From Verrucomicrobiia bacterium (lineage in GTDB: Bacteria; Verrucomicrobiota; Verrucomicrobiia; Limisphaerales; UBA1319), in assembly GCA_963664225.1 (NCBI GenBank), contig OY760937.1:3712001-3776000 (forward strand): a stretch of 64,000 nt of DNA. Reading direction: 5' to 3'. The notes under the pieces were generated by a model, which was not told the origin of the DNA, made no database searches, and saw nothing but the letters and a program-made list of their open reading frames with translations. The translations under genes were made by a program, and so were the position numbers. Positions 57,543 through 64,000 of the stretch are shown in pieces. The first letter of the stretch is position 1. Each line of letters opens with the position of its first letter.

Positions 57543-58556
57543 AAAGTAAGAGGCATTACCTTTTGTAACGCTCGTTCTAAGCCGAGATGGTGCCCCATGG
57601 GAAACCGGAATTTACCTTCCAATTCGGGTTGAATTGTGGTGTGACGGCTAGAGGCATTCGTGATTCGCATTTCGGAGTTCGTAATTTGTTCGCGTTTCGC
57701 GGTGTGGTTAGGCAGCGCGTCCTGGTTGCGGTTCATGCGTCTACCCACGCGGTATTTCACCGTCATGGCACCGAAATCAGCAGCCAACGAACTGATGGTC
57801 GTATTTGCTGCGGCACTGGAGTCGGTAGCTGCCGCCAAAGACATCCGGCGTTTGAGTTGCATTCGCACTGGGCTAATAGAATGCATGTGTGGCAGCTTTT
57901 AGGCAAGTCTTTTTAGCAACTTTGTTTGCAGCCTTTTCAAGTGCTTTTACAATAAATCCATTATTTCAGGCTTCTCGCTGCTTTACTCGCCTTGGCGGAT
58001 TTGAGGCGAATGGAAATGGTAGGCACATTGATTCTGGATGCCGTTGTCTATAGATTTGCAGCAATTCATGAAAGGGGCATCTGTTTAACGCAAGCGTCCC
58101 CTATATGTTGATTCATTTCGCGAAGGCCAGTCCCTTTGAACGCTGCAGGTTGTCGTCATCCGCATAAGGCCTGCTGAATATCGTCAGGGTATGCCCCATT
58201 TGCGTTTCAGCCAAACCCTCCTCGTCGAAACACCCCATACGATTTGCAATCCCCAGATGGCGTGTTTTCGCCAACGACTTAGATGCAAGGCTCCATTCCT
58301 GCCGCGAAGCGAGCCAACGCCGTAAAGCCTGGATCACAATCCCCATATCATCGGCTAGCCCACCTCAGCCGCCGTAGCTGGCCTCTATGCCATAGCAGTC
58401 TTGAACCTCTTGATGGCCGATCGCTAGTCTCTGGAATTTGAGCGCGAAACCTGCTATTTTAATTTTACTGGGTAACATTGTTCCGAGCGGCAACGAGGAT
58501 TTACGGCGTGCGGTTGGTGGGATTCTAACTGGAGAGTGAAACGTTCCGGTTGAAAA

Positions 58557-58904
58557 TCAAGCCTCGGATTTGCGTTTTTCTTTGACCAGAAGGATGGATA
58601 AGCCGACCCAGGCATCGATGAGTTTTCGCAGGCGCTTGTGATTGGCCAGTTGGGCGCGGACTTCCTTGACCTTTTCAGGGGGTACGAACCGGGAGGTGGG
58701 GTGTCCCAGATGGACGTAGCTCACCTTGTAATAGGGACCGTGACGCCGTGGTTTGACGGGATCCTTGCAGCGGCAGCCGATTTTTCCGCAAACATTGTAT
58801 TGCCGGGAGAGGCTGCCCGGATGCAGGGGGCCTAAATCCAGGAGCTCTTTTTTGATCGCGGCGATCTTCTGTTCGATTTTTTGAATACGCAGTGTGTCGT
58901 TCAT
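58557..58904 (-). CDS. IS-associated small Cys/His protein (DUF6788-like)
   Basis: GSLSRQYNVCGKIGCRC......HGPYY. Confidence 0.75.
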   Translation of the reverse strand: MNDTLRIQKIEQKIAAIKKELLDLGPLHPGSLSRQYNVCGKIGCRCKDPVKPRRHGPYYKVSYVHLGHPTSRFVPPEKVKEVRAQLANHKRLRKLIDAWVGLSILLVKEKRKSEA

Positions 58905-60390
58905 GTCCGATACTCTAAATATGGTATCGGATATTGCAAGCGCGTTTTTCAACAATTATCCAAAAAGATCCCAGGTCCTCTGGCGGGCCTGGATGCGGGC
59001 GGTCGAACCTCTGCGGCCCGCCTGCGCCCGAAGCTCCACCTTCCTGTGGCTGACCGTGGTGCTGGCCGGGTTGTGCATTCGTCCGGACCTGGCCGGGGTC
59101 ACCAGTCTGGTCCGCGGGCTGGGGCTCTCCGGGGCCAGTTACCATTGCCTGCTTCATTTCTTTCATTCCAACGCGCTGCGGTTGGACACGCTGACCCTGC
59201 TGTGGAGCCGGACGCTGGAACGGATTCTGGCCCGGAGGCTGGTGCGGGTCAAAGGACGGCCCATTCTCCTGGTCGACGGGCTCAAACGGGGCAAGGAGGG
59301 CCGCAAGATGCCCGCCGTCAAAAGCCTCCACCAGGAGTCGGGCTCCAACTCCAAGGCGAGCTTTATTATGGGACACTCGATTCAGGCTGTCGCCCTGCTG
59401 GCGCAGGCCGCAGGGGTGTGCATGGCGGTGCCCGTCACCGCCCGGATTCATGAGGGTCTGCGATGGTCAAACCGCGACCGGCGCACCTTGCTCGACAAAT
59501 TGGGGTCCCTCATTTTGGGACTCCACTGGAGTGAACCGGTCCTCGTCGTGGCCGATGCCTATTACGCGGCCGCCAAATTCGCCCGGGCTCTTCTGGGTCA
59601 GGGTCATCATCTGGTCACCCGCCTCAGAACCACCGCCGTCGCCTATTTCCCCGAGCCATCCCCAGGGACCAAAGGGCGTGGACGGCCCAAAACCTATGAA
59701 AACAAGACCAAACTCAAGACGTGGTTTCGCCATGCCAAGCAATTCACCAAGGCCCCCAGTCCGGTCTATGGCGCGAAAGACGTGACTTTGCGCTTCCTGA
59801 GCGCCGATCTGCTCTGGCGTCAATTGGGGCGGGTGGTACGCTTTGTCTGGGTGGATCATCCCACGCGCGGTCGAATGGTCCTCCTTTGCACGGATGTGAC
59901 CCTCGAACCGATGGAGATTCTCCGGCTTTATGGTTGGCGTTTCAAAATTGAGGTGGGGTTCAAAGCCGCCATTCACACCGCTGGCGCCTATGCCTACCAT
60001 TTCTGGATGCAGGACATGACGCCCATTGAGCGGGGCAGCGGCAAACAGCATGTCCATCACAAGTCAGAAGCCTATCGCCAAGACATCCGGCGCAAGCTTG
60101 GGGCTTATGAGCGCCACATCCAACTCGGACTCATTGCCCAGGGATTGATGCAATACCTGGCGCTCCACTTCCGGCGCGTTGCCTGGTTCAATTTCCACAC
60201 CTATATTCGCACCGCAGTCCCCCAGAAACCCCCTTCCGAATGGGTCGTTTCCCAGGCCCTGTGCCATACGTGGCCGGAATTTCTCCGCAGTTCAGCCCAA
60301 AGTCTTTCCCTCAAGAAATTCCTGTCCTCCAAAACAGACCCGCGATTCTGTAGATATTCAGACGCCTTCAACCTCGACAAGGCTGCCTGA
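58903..60390 (+). CDS. DDE transposase
   Basis: LVDG, VVADAYY, RGRP..Y, Y.WR..IE.GFK (YREK-like). Confidence 0.9.
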   Translation: MSDTLNMVSDIASAFFNNYPKRSQVLWRAWMRAVEPLRPACARSSTFLWLTVVLAGLCIRPDLAGVTSLVRGLGLSGASYHCLLHFFHSNALRLDTLTLLWSRTLERILARRLVRVKGRPILLVDGLKRGKEGRKMPAVKSLHQESGSNSKASFIMGHSIQAVALLAQAAGVCMAVPVTARIHEGLRWSNRDRRTLLDKLGSLILGLHWSEPVLVVADAYYAAAKFARALLGQGHHLVTRLRTTAVAYFPEPSPGTKGRGRPKTYENKTKLKTWFRHAKQFTKAPSPVYGAKDVTLRFLSADLLWRQLGRVVRFVWVDHPTRGRMVLLCTDVTLEPMEILRLYGWRFKIEVGFKAAIHTAGAYAYHFWMQDMTPIERGSGKQHVHHKSEAYRQDIRRKLGAYERHIQLGLIAQGLMQYLALHFRRVAWFNFHTYIRTAVPQKPPSEWVVSQALCHTWPEFLRSSAQSLSLKKFLSSKTDPRFCRYSDAFNLDKAA

Positions 60391-60512
60391 ACGTTTCACT
60401 GTCCAGATTCTAATAATAACAACTCCTAAGAAATTCTCAACAAAAAGGGATTAGACGTGAAGAGGGCTTCATTTTTTGAATGGAATGTGCATTTGTATGA
60501 ACAATCCACTTT

Positions 60513-61094
60513 TCAACTGTGCCTGTAATCTCGTAACGAGGAACATCCATCGAGTTTAGCGGAGATGATGGCGTTATTGGAGGCATCAAGAATCTGAAGT
60601 GCCGACATTCCGGTGAGATCGAGGCGTGTCAAACGGTTCGACTCGCAATTGAGCACCCGTAGCGACGTCAGATGGCGCACCTCAAGCTCTGTTAGCAAAT
60701 TGTGGCCCACGTCGAGCGCCTGTAATTCCGTTATTCCATCAAGATTCAGATCGGCCAGTTTGTTGAAGCAACAATCAAGGAATTTCAGGGAAATGAAACC
60801 CCTTATGTCCAATTGGGTCAATCCGTTCCCGTGGCAATCAAGTGAAGTAATGTCACCCAGCGGCGTGGTGTCCTTAAATCCGGCGCAGGACCAAAAATGA
60901 ATGAATCTGCTGCAAGCGAGCGAGACCTGGGCGGCATTGCTGACCAGAATGGTGCCGTCCTCCATTTTCCATGCGACAAACCCCGTAGTTGATTCAGCTT
61001 CAATGAGATAACGTTGTTTTCCGCCATTTGAAGCATATCCAATGTGCTCGGCTGGTGAGATCAATGACTCGGGAAGATTGGGTTGAGAGTCCAT
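60513..61094 (-). CDS. Leucine-rich repeat protein
   Basis: About five 21-aa repeats LxxLDCxxNxLxxLxL. Confidence 0.85.
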   Translation of the reverse strand: MDSQPNLPESLISPAEHIGYASNGGKQRYLIEAESTTGFVAWKMEDGTILVSNAAQVSLACSRFIHFWSCAGFKDTTPLGDITSLDCHGNGLTQLDIRGFISLKFLDCCFNKLADLNLDGITELQALDVGHNLLTELEVRHLTSLRVLNCESNRLTRLDLTGMSALQILDASNNAIISAKLDGCSSLRDYRHS

Positions 61095-61190
61095 GGTGGT
61101 GAAACCGAGTGAATGGAAGGCTGGTCCTTGCGTCCCCAATCATAAATCGAATGATATTTAAGGTGTCAACATCTAAAGCTACGAGGCCGT

Positions 61191-61442
61191 TCAATCATTG
61201 TTTTTGCCGTGCGATGCGGCTAGTCGGAGCAATTCTGAGCCGGTAATTTCCAAACTGGCTGCGAGCAACAAAACCTCAAAATCTGAAACCCAACGAATAC
61301 GTGATTCGATCTTGGCGAGGGTTTCACGGCTTATGTCCCACCCTGCGAGGTTAAGCTTTGCGGCTAAGTCCGCTTGTGTGAGTCCCTTTTTTTCGCGCAG
61401 ATGGCGTACCACCGGGCCAACAATGTTTCGGGGCTTTTTCAT
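61191..61442 (-). CDS. XRE-family HTH regulator
   Basis: LREKKGLTQADLAAKL....ISRETLAKIES..R.VSD.E. Confidence 0.88.
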   Translation of the reverse strand: MKKPRNIVGPVVRHLREKKGLTQADLAAKLNLAGWDISRETLAKIESRIRWVSDFEVLLLAASLEITGSELLRLAASHGKNND

Positions 61443-61808
61443 ATGTTCCAAAAACGGAACTTGACCGTAACGGAAAAAGTGCGATGGTATGTTCCGAATA
61501 CAGAACAGAAGACTATTTATGTTCAAACGAAGGCTCGGTCAGAGTGTGAATGCAACCCAGTGTTCGGGTGGCTATTATTGCCCCCAGATTCTTGAAATGA
61601 GTTGCGGAGATTTTGCCGCAATCGGACCTGACATAACCAGCGAAGCGGCTGGATCACTCCCGCCCGGCCCTGGGGTGGGGCCAACGGAGCGCATCATACG
61701 AATTCCTCGCGATGTAATGGTGGCCGCACGACCCGATATTCCCCGGTCGATCTAGCGGCAAAAACTGTTGGCTTGCCATGCCTGTGCCGGTTCCTTTAGT
61801 AAGGAATT

Positions 61809-62257
61809 GTGGCAGAGTCTATTGCATGGATTAAAATAAACTGGTTCCAGGTCGTGCAAACGGTCGGAATCATGTGCGGTCTTTGGTTTACCGCAGCTTC
61901 TTTCCGTCAGGCCGCAAAAGCAAGGAAGCGAAAAATATCCTCGCGCTGTCAGAACAACACCGCGCCCTATGGAATGAAGCGCGCCATCGCGAAGAACTCC
62001 TACGCGTATTCCAAGCTGACAATTCGTTATCAACAAAACCGATTACAACCTCCGAAGAGGTTTTCTTAAATGAAGTCATTGTCTACTACGAGACCGGTTG
62101 GCAAATGGCGAAAGCGGGAACCGTTTTGACTTTGAAAAGTTTGGCGGCCGACATCCAAGGTTTTTTCAATCTTCCCCTTCCAAGAGCAATCTGGGAAAAG
62201 ACCAAGAAATATCGCAATCCCAAGTTTGTCCGGTTTGTCGAGGATGCGATGGGATAG
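61809..62257 (+). pseudogene. Frameshifted membrane-anchored hypothetical gene
   Basis: TM N-terminus (61809 frame) and globular C-terminus (61874 frame) join with a 1-nt shift near 61925. Confidence 0.6.
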
Positions 62258-62334
62258 GAAAATGCTTCATCTCCATTCAGGATGCTTACGGCTTTGGCGG
62301 TCTATTGCCGTTGAGCGGTTCACTGAATCACATG

Positions 62335-63192
62335 TCATTTCTTTGGGGAAATCTTTGAGGAGACTCCGGGCTTTTGAGAGTTTGCTAAAACCTGTTTTGG
62401 TCTCGGTCTGGGTCGATATGCCGCCGATCTCGTTTGCCGTTCCTCGACGTTCACAACAGAATTCCCGGCGGCAGCCGCAACGTTGACGCGTAAATCCAAC
62501 GGCATATCTTTGTCCAAAGGCTTATACAGGTATGTGTTTTCCAATGGTGTGTTGCCCAACAAGGCGGTTTCCAACTGTTCCGCCTCAATCTTGGAATCAA
62601 TGGCATCCAGATATCGGGAGTAAATGGCTTCATCCTGTTTAATGATAAGCAAACGACAAAAGCAGAGTGAAAGGACAAGGACACATCCCAGCGGCATGGC
62701 AAAGGCGAGCAAAACGACAGAGGCCGCAATCTTCGTCAGAATTTCAGTCCCGGGGTCTTTAATTCGTGATTCGCCCCGGGTCATTGAGTGGCGCGGAATT
62801 GGTGAATTACGCCGACGGCTTGCCTTGGATTTCTCGCTTATTGCCAGGCCAATGAATGCAGTGATAACAAGAAGCCCTAAAAAAACGGAAAACAGATTTC
62901 CGTGATCAAGTATTTTCGCGAGCGGCCCGAGCCCAATGACCCCCAATATCTTTGCGCCCAACACCCCGCAAAAGGAACTCAGGAGCGTCGCGAAAAACCA
63001 AAGAAAAACGCCCACGCCCACTGAGTTGCTGTCAAAATATCGCTCGCCCATGTTCTTGCGAAAGAAGACTTCACTGGCAGAGGCGATCCCCTTAAGAAAA
63101 CGCGGGGCGACGGCACCAACAGCGCGTTGGGAAAAGCCATAAAGCGTATCCTCAAAGGCACGGCCAGGATCATTCAAATAATCGGGTCTCAT
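62335..63192 (-). CDS. Multi-pass membrane protein coupled to the coupling-protein gene
   Basis: About four TM segments; start overlaps the upstream stop. Confidence 0.7.
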   Translation of the reverse strand: MRPDYLNDPGRAFEDTLYGFSQRAVGAVAPRFLKGIASASEVFFRKNMGERYFDSNSVGVGVFLWFFATLLSSFCGVLGAKILGVIGLGPLAKILDHGNLFSVFLGLLVITAFIGLAISEKSKASRRRNSPIPRHSMTRGESRIKDPGTEILTKIAASVVLLAFAMPLGCVLVLSLCFCRLLIIKQDEAIYSRYLDAIDSKIEAEQLETALLGNTPLENTYLYKPLDKDMPLDLRVNVAAAAGNSVVNVEERQTRSAAYRPRPRPKQVLANSQKPGVSSKISPKK

Positions 63193-64000
63193 AATTTATT
63201 TTGATTGAACGTTAATTTCATAAATGGCCGACCTCCATTGGCCGCAAATTGATGCGATACCCACAACAAAATCGCCTCGCAGGTGCCATCACCTCCTTTT
63301 TTGAGTTTCGAGAATTCCTCGGGGCGAACAATTTCCTCTAAAACACGGGTGGTTGAGGTGCTGGTTTTTGTTTGGGTGAGTTTGAGTAAGTCCCAAAACC
63401 CCGGTTGCGGTTCTGGTGATGTGGAAAAGTTAAAGTGCGTCTTCGTTTCCTTGCCAATCTTGGCGGATGCCCACTGGTTGGTGTCATGATCACCGTTGGC
63501 GTGGAATACTTGGGTGTTCATGAGGCTGAAGACCCCCTCCACAGCATGGTGATTGTGGCCGAGCTGGAAGAAATTGTGAAGGTTCTGGGAGATGACGACA
63601 TGGGCGACGCGGGATTCTCGCGCGGTGGCTTGGAAGTTGATATCGTGTGGAGAGAAGAAAAACTGACCTTCATCCTCCCATAGAAAAACCGGTCGGCGAC
63701 GGTCTCCACTGCCAGGCATAGGCCTATGCTCAACAGGGCCCTCGATCTTATGATCCCACTGGAACATAGGATAGCGATGGGCGTCGGTGTCGGCGACAGC
63801 CCGACGCTCAACCATTGTTTGGAATAAATGCTTCCACGCCGCTTGAACGAGCAAACCACCCTGGCAAAAATCCTTGATGGGTAAATCGACGATGACGATA
63901 TTTCCGTCCAAAATGGCCTCGGGAGTTAGGGTTGTTTCCGAACAAACCAACTCATGAATGCCCCTTCCGCCGAGGATATCCGCCATGCCGCTAAACCCAA
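63189..64000 (-). CDS. C-terminal part of a VirD4/TraG/TraD-like type IV coupling protein; 5' end beyond window
   Basis: IVIVDLP, Walker-B-like VFLWEDEGQ, TARESR...VISQN, T..WAS..IG, PEEFSKLK.GG. Confidence 0.78.
   Translation of the reverse strand, partial: GFSGMADILGGRGIHELVCSETTLTPEAILDGNIVIVDLPIKDFCQGGLLVQAAWKHLFQTMVERRAVADTDAHRYPMFQWDHKIEGPVEHRPMPGSGDRRRPVFLWEDEGQFFFSPHDINFQATARESRVAHVVISQNLHNFFQLGHNHHAVEGVFSLMNTQVFHANGDHDTNQWASAKIGKETKTHFNFSTSPEPQPGFWDLLKLTQTKTSTSTTRVLEEIVRPEEFSKLKKGGDGTCEAILLWVSHQFAANGGRPFMKLTFNQNKL

Larger units (their letters stand above)
58529..60406 (+). mobile_element. Insertion sequence (IS4/IS701-like DDE) with divergent accessory ORF
   Basis: 18-bp IRs CTGGA(G/C)AGTGAAACGTTC; 7-bp target duplication ATTCTAA at 58522-28 and 60407-13. 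Confidence 0.9.
40228..64000. mobile_element. Integrative (conjugative or mobilisable) element / genomic island; far end outside window
   Basis: tRNA-adjacent integrase, second recombinase, IS elements, decayed R-M genes, coupling protein, and no housekeeping genes. Confidence 0.8.

Overview
Bacterial chromosome segment. Gene content and protein style suggest Verrucomicrobiota, but this is an inference. 1-26.9 kb is mostly core or envelope genes: the tail of a surface-polysaccharide and exosortase locus, GH2, apgM-type PGM, a nucleotidyltransferase, RluA, aspS, trmB, a FIST protein, a cardiolipin-synthase-like PLD and two secreted repeat proteins. An unannotated leader-peptide attenuator sits at about 12.7-12.9 kb. 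27-36 kb is a Cu/Ag-type CusCBA RND pump followed by a CnrYXH-like anti-sigma/sensor/ECF trio. 36.7-39.1 kb holds an ATP-grasp-like gene and miaA. From tRNA-Ile2(CAT) at 40.15 kb to the window end lies an integrative element, unusually attached at the tRNA 5' end. It carries an integrase, a pilin-NHL gene, a second tyrosine recombinase, a decayed type I R-M locus, an IS630, an IS66 relic, an IS4/IS701-like element and a VirD4/TraG-like coupling protein. The main candidate novel system is a convergent pair of operons built on the same histidine kinase + stand-alone receiver chassis with nucleic-acid-attacking modules: (A) HNH-like nuclease/helical domain/histidine kinase fusion + receiver + UvrD helicase, directly behind hsdM/hsdS remnants; (B) TIM-barrel/GAF/GAF/histidine kinase + receiver + hypothetical + HNH. 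This may be a phosphorelay-gated anti-phage or conflict system. All family assignments come from motif recognition by eye; no database search was run.
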